The notes: generated from the letters alone by a model not told the origin. 64,000 nucleotides of DNA from Spirochaetota bacterium (GCA_034190085.1 JAXHTS010000071.1:3032-67031), one strand, 5' to 3'; counted from the first letter of the stretch, positions 10,217 through 20,897 are shown. Translations and numbers: made by a program.

Positions 10217-12301
10217 ATGAGTACTTCAAGTTTTATTCTACTACTATTAATTTTTATATCTGTAGGTTGGTTTGGATACAGGGTTACTCAACTCTTATGG
10301 GTGCTGCGCCTTGGTCAACCAGAGGATAGATTTGACAACATTGCCCAAAGGATAATGAATGTAGTAATATTTGTGCTTGGCCAAAGGCGTGTAGTTAAAG
10401 AGATATCCGGTTGGGGACATTTCTTTATATTTTGGGGTTTTGTTGTAATTCAAATCGGCGCGTTGGAACTTTTTGCTCAGGGTTTCTTTAGAGATTTCAA
10501 ATACGACAAAATAGCAGAAGAACTAATCGGAACTCCTATTATTGGAGAGATACTTTATCTAATTATAGATATAATCTGTTTCATCGTTCTCATTGCCTTA
10601 ATGATAGGGCTTGTACGAAGATATATGCTTAAACCTGTAAGACTGGAGGCAAAGGATCCACATGCGAAGGTTGATGCAACAGTAATAATCATATTAATAT
10701 CACTAATTATTCTTACACTCTTCGGTATTAACGGAGCTGAGCTCTCTGAGAAACTTGCAGAAGATAATTTCAGCGCAATTGACAGATTTAATATGATACA
10801 GATTGCGGGACTAAGGCTCGATCTATTCATGCCTATATCCTCATTGTTTTCATATTTATTCTCTGGGGCTAGCCATACAACAGCCGAATCTATTAGAGAC
10901 GTATTCTGGTGGATACATATCATTATAATATTAGGTTTTTTAGTTTATATTCCTTACTCAAAGCATCTACATCTTCTGGGCGCTATTCCTAATGTATTCT
11001 TTAAATCATCAAAACCAGTTGGAGAACTCGCTCAACTCGACATAGACGATGAAGAGGCTGAAACATTCGGAGCCTATAGAATTGAAGATTTTACATGGAA
11101 GCAGATGCTTGATCTTTATGCATGCACTGAATGCGGAAGATGCCAGGAGAACTGTCCCGCATATCTAACAGATAAACCCCTAAGCCCAAAAGAGCTTATT
11201 CATGATCTAAAGCTTAATCTATTAAAACGAGGATTGATGCTTATTGAAGATGAAAAAGAGAGGGAAACGGATGAGGCCAAAGAATATTTAGAAAAGCCAT
11301 TAGTGGATGGCATATTGGAAGAAGAGGCCATCTGGGCATGCACAAATTGTATGAATTGTCAGGAACATTGCCCGGTTTTCATTGAGCATGTACAGAAAAT
11401 TATTGATATAAGGAGATATCAGGTTCTGACAGAGGGGAAAATGGCCACAGAATTACAGACCACCTTTACAAATATGGAAAACAACTACAATCCCTACGGA
11501 TTCGCCTTTGCTGCTAGGGCTGATTGGGTTACTGAAGACCTAGGACTAAAAACACTCTCCGAAGATTCAGAAGTTGATTATCTATACTTTGTGGGTTGCG
11601 CTGCTTCATACGATAAAAGGAATCAGGATATTGCAAGGCTACTTGTGAAAATACTGAAAAAGGCTGGATTGAAGGTGGGGATTTTAGGTTCTGAAGAAGC
11701 ATGCTGCGGTGATTCAGCATTGAGAGCCGGGAATGAGTATCTCTTCCAGACTTTAGTTACACAGAATATAGAGACATTGAATTCATACAACGTTAAAAAA
11801 ATTATAACAACATGCCCACACGGATTTAATGTTATCAAGAATGAATATCCCAAGTATGGGGGTAACTATGAGGTATATCATCATATAGATTTACTGGCCA
11901 ATCTCATAGAGGAGGGCAAATTAACCTTAACCAATCCAGTAAACGAAAAGGTCGCTTATCATGATTCATGCTTCCTCGGTAGATATAACGAAATATATTT
12001 AGCGCCAAGAAAGATATTACAAGCTATACCCGGTATAGAATTAGTAGAGATGAGTAAAAATCATAATAAGAGCATATGTTGCGGGGCTGGCGGAAGCAGG
12101 ATGTGGATAGAAGAAAAAATTGGGAAAAGGATTAATCAATACCGAACCGAAGATTTCAAAAATTCAGGGGCTAACGTAGTAGCAACGGCTTGCCCATTCT
12201 GTATGACAATGCTTTCAGATGGAATAGTGGAGATCGGACTCGATGAGAATACATACTCTGCTTACGATATACTAGAGCTTGTAGACAAAGCTCTTGCCTA
12301 G
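10217..12301 (+). CDS. Membrane-bound Fe-S oxidoreductase: NarI/HdrE-like cytochrome-b membrane domain fused to an HdrD-like domain (2x[4Fe-4S] + 2xCCG); 694 aa
   Basis: About 6 N-terminal TM helices with conserved His (GWGHFF, WWIHIII, SKHLHLL). Two ferredoxin motifs: CTECGRCQENCP and CTNCMNCQEHCP. Two CCG-type Cys clusters: CCGDSA...TTCPHG and CCGAGG...ACPFC. Strong AAGGAG RBS. Confidence 0.75.
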   Translation: MSTSSFILLLLIFISVGWFGYRVTQLLWVLRLGQPEDRFDNIAQRIMNVVIFVLGQRRVVKEISGWGHFFIFWGFVVIQIGALELFAQGFFRDFKYDKIAEELIGTPIIGEILYLIIDIICFIVLIALMIGLVRRYMLKPVRLEAKDPHAKVDATVIIILISLIILTLFGINGAELSEKLAEDNFSAIDRFNMIQIAGLRLDLFMPISSLFSYLFSGASHTTAESIRDVFWWIHIIIILGFLVYIPYSKHLHLLGAIPNVFFKSSKPVGELAQLDIDDEEAETFGAYRIEDFTWKQMLDLYACTECGRCQENCPAYLTDKPLSPKELIHDLKLNLLKRGLMLIEDEKERETDEAKEYLEKPLVDGILEEEAIWACTNCMNCQEHCPVFIEHVQKIIDIRRYQVLTEGKMATELQTTFTNMENNYNPYGFAFAARADWVTEDLGLKTLSEDSEVDYLYFVGCAASYDKRNQDIARLLVKILKKAGLKVGILGSEEACCGDSALRAGNEYLFQTLVTQNIETLNSYNVKKIITTCPHGFNVIKNEYPKYGGNYEVYHHIDLLANLIEEGKLTLTNPVNEKVAYHDSCFLGRYNEIYLAPRKILQAIPGIELVEMSKNHNKSICCGAGGSRMWIEEKIGKRINQYRTEDFKNSGANVVATACPFCMTMLSDGIVEIGLDENTYSAYDILELVDKALA

Positions 12302-12388
12302 AATTGCTGGTTGTGAATACAAAGATAAGATTAAATAATATAAGCCAATATATAAATTTAACTTATAAAGGGGGAAGAATATCAATAA

Positions 12389-14506
12389 ATGAACATTCCT
12401 GAATTCTATGATATTCCTCCTACTGACATATCCCGAGAATTTTTTTTCAACATTGGCGGCACAAATGGTTTTATGAGATGGGGTATATACTTATACCTCA
12501 TCGTTGCTATTATCTATCTTTCTTTTACTCTCATTAAAAGGGTGAGAATATGGAGAAAAGGAAATGATGAGTTAAGGACTGATTTTCCCGAAAAGAGGAT
12601 TGTCGCTATATTTAAATATGTTTTCCTTCAAGTTAAGACCTTCAGGGAGGCATATGCAGGCACAATGCATGGATGTATCTTTTTTGGTTTTTTGGGATTG
12701 TTCATTGTAATGTCACTTATTGGTCTTCAACATTATTTCACGGATCTGCTTTTCAATACAAAATTCATCTACGGTAACATATATTTAATATGGTCACTTA
12801 TAGGAGATTTCTTCGGCTTGATTATCATTACTGGTATTGTAATGGCATTCAGGAGAAGATATATATTAAAACCCAATCGGCTAGACACAAAGCCAATTGA
12901 TACATTTACCCTGATCCTCATTTTACTCATAGTTATTACGGGTTTCTTTAGTGAAGCCATGAGGATAGCAATTAGCGGCTTCCCTGAATTTGAAGTTTGG
13001 TCTCCCTGCGGTTATATACTTTCCCTTGCCTTTTCATTTTCAGACACACCGACAATTGAAGTAGCTCATTATATTAACTGGTGGATTCACACAATATCGG
13101 CTTTTGGATTCATCGGATTATTGGCATCTGGGAAATTGGGACACATACTAATTTCTTCCCTAAATGTATATTATCAAAATTTAAATACTGAAAATCCAGA
13201 CACTAAATACACTTTCCATATTATCCACCCTGCAAAGGTTGAGGATGATGATACCATTGGCGTTTCCAGGGTAGAGGAGTTTACCTGGAAGCAGCTTATG
13301 GATTGTGACGCATGTATGAGATGCGGCAGATGTCAGGACAGGTGTCCTGCTTACATAACCGAGAAACCATTATCACCAAAAAATATGATAAATGATATTA
13401 AGAATAACATGGATATTAGAATACCAAAACTGATAACAGCAGAAGATCCGACAAAAGTTGAATCACAAGCTCTAATAGGTGGCTCTGTTTTAGAAGATGT
13501 GATTTGGTCCTGTACAAATTGTGCTGCATGTCAGGAGGTCTGTCCAGTTCAGATTGAACATATGAATAAGATAACAGACATGAGACGGCATCTGGTTCTC
13601 AAAGAGAGAAAGATTTCAAGAGAACTTCAGACAGCCTTTAATAATATAGAAGAAAATTCCAATCCCTTTGGAATTTCATTTGCATCAAGGGGTGACTGGA
13701 TTACTGAAGAACTGGGTATTAAAGCCCTTTCCAAGGATCCGGATGTTGACTTTCTATATTTTGTTGGATGCTCAGCATCTTATGATAAGAGGAACCAGAA
13801 GGTAGCCTCTGCGTTGGTGAAAACATTGAAGATGGCTGGTTACAAAATTGGCATTCTTGGGTCTGAAGAAGCATGCTGTGGGGATTCTGCTATGAGAACA
13901 GGGAATGAATATCTATTCCATACACTTGCAGCGCAGAATCTTGAAACCTTTAATAACTATGGAGTAAAAAAGATCATTACCACATGTCCTCATGGATACA
14001 ACATCCTAAAAAAAGAATATCCAGAATTTGCCAAGGTTGGCGTTGATTCATATAATAATCCCTTGGAGTGCAATTATGAGGTCTATCATCATACAGAGAT
14101 TATTGCTGATCTATTACGTAAGGGACAGATCAAAATAACTAATGCCCTAATCGGAAAGATTACATATCACGATTCCTGCTTTCTCGGAAGATATAATAAG
14201 ATATATAATTACCCAAGGGATATTATCAGGGCAATACCTGGCACCGAGTTCATTGAGATGAACTGGCATCATAAGACAAGTTTTTGCTGTGGTGCAGGAG
14301 GTGGACTCATGTGGCTTGATGAAAATTTGGGAAGCAGGATTAATCAATTCAGAACAAAAGATGCACATGATACAGGTGCTACGAAAATAGGGACAGCTTG
14401 TCCATTCTGCTTGACAAAGATAACTGATGGTATTACTGAGCTTGATATTCAGAATATGGAAACCTGTGATATAGTGGAACTTGTATATAACTTAATGGAA
14501 AAATAA
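12389..14506 (+). CDS. Paralogous membrane-bound HdrE::HdrD-like Fe-S oxidoreductase, 705 aa (same architecture as the upstream gene)
   Basis: Same domain order. WWIHTISAF and GKLGHIL His in the membrane domain. CDACMRCGRCQDRCP and CTNCAACQEVCP. CCGDSAM...TTCPHGYN and CCGAGGG...ACPFC. Roughly half the residues are shared with the first copy. Confidence 0.75.
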   Translation: MNIPEFYDIPPTDISREFFFNIGGTNGFMRWGIYLYLIVAIIYLSFTLIKRVRIWRKGNDELRTDFPEKRIVAIFKYVFLQVKTFREAYAGTMHGCIFFGFLGLFIVMSLIGLQHYFTDLLFNTKFIYGNIYLIWSLIGDFFGLIIITGIVMAFRRRYILKPNRLDTKPIDTFTLILILLIVITGFFSEAMRIAISGFPEFEVWSPCGYILSLAFSFSDTPTIEVAHYINWWIHTISAFGFIGLLASGKLGHILISSLNVYYQNLNTENPDTKYTFHIIHPAKVEDDDTIGVSRVEEFTWKQLMDCDACMRCGRCQDRCPAYITEKPLSPKNMINDIKNNMDIRIPKLITAEDPTKVESQALIGGSVLEDVIWSCTNCAACQEVCPVQIEHMNKITDMRRHLVLKERKISRELQTAFNNIEENSNPFGISFASRGDWITEELGIKALSKDPDVDFLYFVGCSASYDKRNQKVASALVKTLKMAGYKIGILGSEEACCGDSAMRTGNEYLFHTLAAQNLETFNNYGVKKIITTCPHGYNILKKEYPEFAKVGVDSYNNPLECNYEVYHHTEIIADLLRKGQIKITNALIGKITYHDSCFLGRYNKIYNYPRDIIRAIPGTEFIEMNWHHKTSFCCGAGGGLMWLDENLGSRINQFRTKDAHDTGATKIGTACPFCLTKITDGITELDIQNMETCDIVELVYNLMEK

Positions 14507-14527
14507 AATAATAAGGAGTATTGATAT

Positions 14528-16855
14528 ATGGAAGTTAATTTATTCTACATTGCACCAATAGGTTCACTTGTTGCCCTCCTTTTTGCATGGTTCTTCTACA
14601 AGAACATGATGAAGGCGGATGAAGGCAACGAGACAATGATAGAGATTGCGGGTCATGTAAGAGAGGGGGCTTTGGCTTATCTTATAAGGCAGTATAAGGT
14701 TGTAACGATTGTATTTATCGTTCTTCTTATAATCCTATCGCTTTTGGCCTTTTTGGGTGTTCAAAATCCATTTGTGCCTGTTGCTTTTCTAACAGGCGGC
14801 TTTTTTTCTGGACTATGCGGCTATCTTGGGATGAGAACAGCTACAAATGCCTCATCCAGGACAGCCTATGGAGCTTCTCAATCGCTGAATAGAGGATTGA
14901 GGGTGGCTTTCAGATCTGGCGCTGTGATGGGCTTGGTTGTAGTTGGATTCGGTCTCATCGATATTTCTATCTGGTATCTGGTTCTCAATTATCTATATGA
15001 CAATAATGTCTGGGGGCTCAGTCAATCTCTAATTGAAAAGGTTGGCATTGCAGGTGGAGTATATAATGAAGGTCTGATTGCTTCTCCTGATTTTAAGCAT
15101 GCAAAGCTTGTTGAGATCACTACTACTATGATTACCTTTGGAATGGGTGCATCAACCCAGGCACTCTTTGCAAGGGTCGGAGGCGGCATATTTACAAAGG
15201 CTGCTGATGTAGGAGCTGACCTTGTTGGCAAGGTTGAGGCAGGAATTCCAGAGGATGATCCCAGAAATCCTGCTACTATAGCTGATAATGTTGGCGATAA
15301 TGTTGGCGATGTTGCGGGTATGGGTGCTGACCTCTATGAATCATACTGTGGTTCAATTCTTGCAACCGCTGCTCTTGGTGCGGCATTACCAATTTCATCC
15401 GGTTATGGTGGATTAAAGGCTGTGATCGCACCCATGATCGTCGCAGGTCTCGGTATTATCTTTTCAATCCTCGGCATTTTCGCTGTCAAGACGAAAGAAG
15501 AGGCATCAATGAAGAATCTACTCAAGTCTTTGAATCTGGGTGTATGGGGCAGTTCAGTTCTTATACTTATAGCATTAGCTGTAATGGTGCAAATAGGACT
15601 AATAAACTGGGGAATATTTGGCGCTGTTATTGCCGGACTCATTGCTGGACTTATTATTGGTCAATCAACAGAGTACTATACCTCAGATGAATATAAACCA
15701 ACACAGGGGATAGCAGATCAAGCCAGGATGGGATCCGCTACAACAATTATTGAAGGTATTGCAACTGGAATGTATTCAACCGGGATACCTGTTATTACAA
15801 TAGTAATTGGTATTCTAGTTGCTTTTGGTTTATCCGGAGGATTCACAAATATTTCACAAGGTCTTTATGGTATTGGATTTGCTGCAGTGGGGATGCTCTC
15901 AACGTTAGGGATTACACTGGCAACGGATGCATATGGTCCCATCGCAGACAATGCCGGCGGCAATGCAGAGATGAGTGGATTGGATCCAAAAGTAAGAGAA
16001 CGTACAGATGCCCTAGATATGCTTGGCAATACAACCGCTGCAACAGGAAAGGGATTCGCTATCGGTTCCGCAGCGTTAACAGCCATGGCACTGCTCTCAG
16101 CCTATCTTGAAGAGGTGAAACTCTGGCTTGGGAAACTGGCTGGAAGCGAGTTTTTCCAGGTGGGTACGATTAAGTTCTATAATATATTGCCTGATGGCGT
16201 CACCCTTGGGCCAAATGATGTAATCGCTCATAGCGCTAAAATGGCTGACTTTGTTAGGGCATATGATATTACACTCATGAATCCGAAGGTACTTTGTGGA
16301 CTATTTCTTGGCGCCATGATGGCATTTGTATTCAGTGCTATGACCATGAAGGCTGTTGGTAGGGCCGCTGGATCAATGATCGAGGAAGTAAGAAGGCAAT
16401 TCAGGGAAAAGCCCGGCATTCTTGATAAAACAGAGAAACCTGATTATGCCCAGTGCGTAGCCATCTCTACAGCCGGAGCTCAGAAAGAAATGATTGTACC
16501 ATCCCTTTTGGCGATTATAGCACCTGTTCTTACAGGTTTATTTCTTGGTGTTTCCGGTGTTATGGGTCTTCTAGCTGGTGGTTTGACCGCTGGTTTCTCT
16601 CTGGCATGTATGCTAAATAATGCTGGAGGAGCCTGGGACAATGGCAAAAAATATATCGAAAAAGGACACTATGGCGGCAAAGGCTCAGAGGCTCATAAGG
16701 CAGGAGTTGTTGGGGATACAGTTGGCGATCCATTCAAAGACACTTCAGGTCCTTCACTAAATATCCTTATCAAACTAATGACCATGGTCTCAGTTGTATT
16801 TGCTGGTGTCGTGATCAAATTCTCACCTGAAATAGGTAAGATACTGGGCTTCTGA
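14528..16855 (+). CDS. hppA: Membrane-integral proton/sodium-translocating pyrophosphatase, K+-dependent type
   Basis: 775 aa with 15-16 TM. Conserved [12 protein letters not shown] and [18 protein letters not shown] motifs. Ala rather than Lys in GNTTAA marks the K+-dependent subfamily. 21-bp gap from the upstream gene. Confidence 0.9.
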   Translation: MEVNLFYIAPIGSLVALLFAWFFYKNMMKADEGNETMIEIAGHVREGALAYLIRQYKVVTIVFIVLLIILSLLAFLGVQNPFVPVAFLTGGFFSGLCGYLGMRTATNASSRTAYGASQSLNRGLRVAFRSGAVMGLVVVGFGLIDISIWYLVLNYLYDNNVWGLSQSLIEKVGIAGGVYNEGLIASPDFKHAKLVEITTTMITFGMGASTQALFARVGGGIFTKAADVGADLVGKVEAGIPEDDPRNPATIADNVGDNVGDVAGMGADLYESYCGSILATAALGAALPISSGYGGLKAVIAPMIVAGLGIIFSILGIFAVKTKEEASMKNLLKSLNLGVWGSSVLILIALAVMVQIGLINWGIFGAVIAGLIAGLIIGQSTEYYTSDEYKPTQGIADQARMGSATTIIEGIATGMYSTGIPVITIVIGILVAFGLSGGFTNISQGLYGIGFAAVGMLSTLGITLATDAYGPIADNAGGNAEMSGLDPKVRERTDALDMLGNTTAATGKGFAIGSAALTAMALLSAYLEEVKLWLGKLAGSEFFQVGTIKFYNILPDGVTLGPNDVIAHSAKMADFVRAYDITLMNPKVLCGLFLGAMMAFVFSAMTMKAVGRAAGSMIEEVRRQFREKPGILDKTEKPDYAQCVAISTAGAQKEMIVPSLLAIIAPVLTGLFLGVSGVMGLLAGGLTAGFSLACMLNNAGGAWDNGKKYIEKGHYGGKGSEAHKAGVVGDTVGDPFKDTSGPSLNILIKLMTMVSVVFAGVVIKFSPEIGKILGF

Positions 16856-16879
16856 ATATAGCTTGTACTATCTATATTT

Positions 16880-16924
16880 TAATTTACTCCTTTCCTTAGT
16901 CTTGATAGGGAAAGGAGTAAATTA
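16880..16924. terminator. 16-bp near-perfect inverted repeat (TTATTTACTCCTTTCC / GGAAAGGAGTAAATAA, 13-nt loop) between convergent hppA and metXW; putative bidirectional terminator lacking a U-tract
   Basis: Read directly. It sits 25 bp after the hppA stop and 26 bp after the metXW stop. Confidence 0.35.
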
Positions 16925-16949
16925 GATACAATGTAATTTACTCGTCTAA

Positions 16950-18704
16950 TCACTTCTTAGTTATCTTCACAATAACCCGATCAGCCCCTATATTGTATCT
17001 TTTAAGATATGTAAAGATATGACTTGTTATCCCATTGGGTATAGAAACAACTTCAAGAATTGAAATATCATTCTCCATGCAAAAATCCTTGAAATCATTC
17101 AATGAAAGAAAATGAATATTAGGAGTGTTATACCACTTATTTGTCATTTTTTGAGAAAGAGGCAGACATCCCTTGATCGATAAGACAACTCTCTGCTTCC
17201 AGTTGGCAAAATTGATAAATGAGACAATACCCATCCTTGCCACCCTGAGCATTTCTGTTAATACAAGATGCGGCTTATGTACCTCCTGAAGTGTACGGGA
17301 TAGGATCGCGTAATCATAAAAATTATCAGGGATCATGCCAAGACCTTCATCAAGGTCAACCTGAAATACTGACACACCCTTTCTGTTGCATTCGATTATA
17401 TTCTTAACATCTATATCAATGCCATGCACTGATACACTATCCCTTATTAGCATCTTTTGTAGAAATGATCCATCTCCACAACCTAAATCAAGAAGCTTGC
17501 TTGAAGGCTTTATCATTCGTGCAATGATCTCAAAATCCTTGATATGAGCTTCATCAAAAATTTGATCTTTCTTATTACTAGAATAAGGATCCTCAAAAAA
17601 GGAATATATTAAGCTATTTAGATCACTATTACTAATCAGAAATGAATCGTGCCCAAATTGAGATGCCAAATTACAATAGGTCACATCTTTACCAGATATA
17701 AGCAGGTTTTCAGCCAACTCCTTTGATTGCTCTGCTGGATAAAGCCAGTCTGAGGAGACAGAAATGATAAAAAATTTAGACTCCAATTTTCTGAATACCT
17801 CATCAAGCGACCCACCCCTTTCTGTAAGGGAGAAGGAGTCCATGGCCGCAGTAATATAGAGGAAGGAATTTGCATCAAAACGTTCTACAAAACTTCTACC
17901 CTGATAGTCTAGATAACTTTCAACCTGAAAATCCGTATTAAAGGGACTCCTTTCTCTATCTTCACGCCTCTCTCTACCGAACTTTACATCCATTGATTCC
18001 TTGGAAAGATAGGTTATATGACCAATCATACGTGCAAGTGATAATCCCTTATTTGGAATATCTCTACCATAATAATAACCATCATTCCATAAGGGATCAG
18101 CCATGATAATATTGCGAGCAACAATATCAAAAGAGAGAGCCTGGGCTGATAGGCTCTCAGTAGCGGCTATGCATACAGCCTTTTCAATAAAGTCTGGATA
18201 GCGCACACACCACTCGAGAACCTGAAGACCTCCTGCTGACCCCCCTATCACTCCATAGAGCCTCCTTATACTAAGTAAATCAAGCAACTTCTTTTGGAGT
18301 TCAACCATATCCCCAATCGTGATTTCAGGAAAGTTCGTAGCATAAATCTCTCCTGTCGCTGGATTTATGGATGATGGACCAGTTGTACCCTTGCATCCGC
18401 CCAAAATATTTGAACAGATAACATGAAACCTCTCAGTATCAATTCCTTTGCCAGGTCCGATCATATTATCCCACCAACCCACACTCTTTTCATCATTGGT
18501 ATGATAACCAGCAGCATGAGCATCCCCTGATAGGGCATGACATACCAGAATGACATTATCACCCTTTTCAGATAATTTTCCATATCGCTCAAAGGCAACC
18601 TCCACCCTGGAGAGCGTACCTCCCCTCTCGAGTTTAAAATCCCCATCTGGAAGAGGAATACCCATAATCTCTGTGTGAACGATTCCAATAGATCTTTTGT
18701 TCAT
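16950..18704 (-). CDS. metX: Homoserine O-acetyltransferase MetX fused to a MetW-like methyltransferase-fold domain (584 aa)
   Basis: The N-terminal ~370 aa is an alpha/beta-hydrolase MetX (MGIPLPDGDFKLERGG..., GGSAGGLQ nucleophile elbow GxSxG). The C-terminal ~200 aa is MetW-like (LDLGCGDGSFL SAM-binding motif I). 1-bp overlap with metY. Confidence 0.8.
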   Translation of the reverse strand: MNKRSIGIVHTEIMGIPLPDGDFKLERGGTLSRVEVAFERYGKLSEKGDNVILVCHALSGDAHAAGYHTNDEKSVGWWDNMIGPGKGIDTERFHVICSNILGGCKGTTGPSSINPATGEIYATNFPEITIGDMVELQKKLLDLLSIRRLYGVIGGSAGGLQVLEWCVRYPDFIEKAVCIAATESLSAQALSFDIVARNIIMADPLWNDGYYYGRDIPNKGLSLARMIGHITYLSKESMDVKFGRERREDRERSPFNTDFQVESYLDYQGRSFVERFDANSFLYITAAMDSFSLTERGGSLDEVFRKLESKFFIISVSSDWLYPAEQSKELAENLLISGKDVTYCNLASQFGHDSFLISNSDLNSLIYSFFEDPYSSNKKDQIFDEAHIKDFEIIARMIKPSSKLLDLGCGDGSFLQKMLIRDSVSVHGIDIDVKNIIECNRKGVSVFQVDLDEGLGMIPDNFYDYAILSRTLQEVHKPHLVLTEMLRVARMGIVSFINFANWKQRVVLSIKGCLPLSQKMTNKWYNTPNIHFLSLNDFKDFCMENDISILEVVSIPNGITSHIFTYLKRYNIGADRVIVKITKK

Positions 18705-20002
18705 TATTTTATCTTCTCAAGCGCCTGCTTGAAATCATTTATAATGTCTCTAATAGACTCAATCCCTACAGATACCCTGATTAATTCAGGGGTCACACCA
18801 GCAGCCCACTGGGCTTCCACACTCATCTGTTGATGACTCGTTGAAGCGGGATGCAATACCAAGGTCTTAGCATCGCCCACATTTGCCAAATGGCTTGCAA
18901 GCTTAACTGAATCAATAAATTTTACCGCAGCCTCAATCCCACCCTTTATACCGAAGCCTAAAACCGATCCAAATCCTCCCTTTAGGTACTTCTTTGCCTT
19001 ATTATACGCCGGATGCTCAGGTAAACCCGTATAGTTTACCCATTCTACTCTATCATTGGATTTTAAAAATTGGGCCAATTCCATCGCATTCTTACAGTGC
19101 TTTGTGATACGCAAGGGAAGCGTCTCCAATCCCTGTAGAAACAGGAAAGAATTAAATGGACTGGGACACATCCCGATATTACGCATCCCCTGCACTCGCG
19201 CCTTAATGATAAAAGCAATGTTGCCCATATCTGGATAATCTGAAAACCTATTCCAATATGAGAGTCCCTCATAGCTTTCATCAAGCTCAGTAAACTCAGG
19301 AAACCTTCCATTACCCCAGTCAAATTTACCTCCATCTATAATTATCCCTCCAATTGAGGTGCCATGTCCTCCTATCCATTTTGTGCATGAATGAATAACA
19401 ATATCTGCTCCATGTTGAATAGGCTTGCAGAGTATAGGAGCAAATGTATTATCTATGATGACAGGAATCCCATAACTATGCGCTACCTCAGCTACACCCT
19501 CTATATCTGCCACATCACCGCTTGGATTTCCAATGGTTTCAAGAAACACAGCTTTGGTATTATCACATATTGCCTTCTCTACCTCCTCAGGAGTAGGCTC
19601 ATTAAGAAATGTTGTTTCAATACCAATTCTTGGCAATGTATACCTAAAGCAGGTTTCAGTGCCACCATATAATGATGCTGAAGATACGATATGATCCCCG
19701 CATCTTGCAATGGTATGAATAGCAAGAAATATTGCAGCCATACCACTTGAGGTTCCAAGAGCGGCAGTTCCTCCTTCAATTACTGAAATTCTTGATTCCC
19801 ATACTTCGGTTGTGGGATTCATCAATCGTGTATAGATATTCCCGAACTTTTGCATACTAAACAAATCAGCAGCATCCTGACTATCCTCAAAAACAAAGCT
19901 TGTTGTCTGGTATATCGGAACTGCCCGCGAACGTGTTGATGGATCAGGCTTTTGACCAGCATGAATAGCCTTTGTTTCAATTCCATAATCCTTTTGATGC
20001 AT
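18704..20002 (-). CDS. metY: O-acetylhomoserine sulfhydrylase (PLP-dependent, Cys/Met metabolism family)
   Basis: 432 aa with the PLP-lysine context HSCTKWIGGHGTSIGG. Upstream partner of metX. Confidence 0.8.
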   Translation of the reverse strand: MHQKDYGIETKAIHAGQKPDPSTRSRAVPIYQTTSFVFEDSQDAADLFSMQKFGNIYTRLMNPTTEVWESRISVIEGGTAALGTSSGMAAIFLAIHTIARCGDHIVSSASLYGGTETCFRYTLPRIGIETTFLNEPTPEEVEKAICDNTKAVFLETIGNPSGDVADIEGVAEVAHSYGIPVIIDNTFAPILCKPIQHGADIVIHSCTKWIGGHGTSIGGIIIDGGKFDWGNGRFPEFTELDESYEGLSYWNRFSDYPDMGNIAFIIKARVQGMRNIGMCPSPFNSFLFLQGLETLPLRITKHCKNAMELAQFLKSNDRVEWVNYTGLPEHPAYNKAKKYLKGGFGSVLGFGIKGGIEAAVKFIDSVKLASHLANVGDAKTLVLHPASTSHQQMSVEAQWAAGVTPELIRVSVGIESIRDIINDFKQALEKIK

Positions 20003-20498
20003 GATATTTTCCTTCTATATTTTTTTCCTTATCCCTGAGAGTCTGCCAATAGTTAACAATTATCCATTGAACAATGATATAAGTCTTGAAATGTAGATTC
20101 TCTTAGTTCACTGGGTTGAAGAAAATAGTACATTCATCTCTCTTTTAGAATGTTTATATTGGGATATGATGGTGATAATGAAAAGTACTAAATGAAATAA
20201 CAACGTAATTATATCAAAATAATAATATTATTTGTATACCCCATCTCGAAATACCATCAATGTAATTAAAATAGTGGCAAATTATCCATATCACCAAAAT
20301 ATGTCAATGATAATATCAACCAGTAAGATTTTCCTCTACATCTAATCTTTCTACAATCGAGCAAATTTTATCAAGAAAGAGGATAATGAGTTGAATGCAA
20401 TTAGCCATTTTTACATCTTTGTCTGATTATAGCTTGACATTAAAATATTTACCTCTTCAATAAGAGGTCAATTATAATAGAAAGGGGAGGTAAGAGAT

Positions 20499-20867
20499 AT
20501 GAAAAAGCAAATTATGGTTTTATTCATGATCATTGCTATTTGCTCCATAATGACAGGTTGTATCTATCATCACATTAAATCGCCCTTTGTTTTAAATAAA
20601 GGCACAAATTATCAACTAACCACTGATGACTTCAAAATCATCGGTAGTGTAGAAGAAAAAGGCACAATAAGAAATATTCTCTTTCTTTTTCAATGGGGTG
20701 GTGACGGTTTTAAAATACTTGAAGAGAAAGCAAAGGAGATGGGAGGGGATGATATTATTAATTATACTTTTGACGTTGAAAACTTCGGGATATGGATTAT
20801 CTACAACTCCTTTACTTGGAATGCAAGGGGAACTGTTATTAAATACAGGGATAAAGCGGTAAAATAA
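20499..20867 (+). CDS. Small putative lipoprotein (122 aa)
   Basis: Signal peptide MKKQIMVLFMIIAICSIMTGC with a lipobox-like Cys. No other motif. Confidence 0.35.
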   Translation: MKKQIMVLFMIIAICSIMTGCIYHHIKSPFVLNKGTNYQLTTDDFKIIGSVEEKGTIRNILFLFQWGGDGFKILEEKAKEMGGDDIINYTFDVENFGIWIIYNSFTWNARGTVIKYRDKAVK

Positions 20868-20897
20868 TCTCCTCTTCATCTGAATATTCATTAGGGC

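Noticed and set aside
20003-20498. SAM riboswitch or T-box upstream of metY-metXW
   Set aside because: I read the minus-strand leader. None of the SAM-I core elements (GGUGGAGGGA, GCAACC, kink-turn) are visible. I cannot exclude other SAM riboswitch classes without a covariance-model scan.
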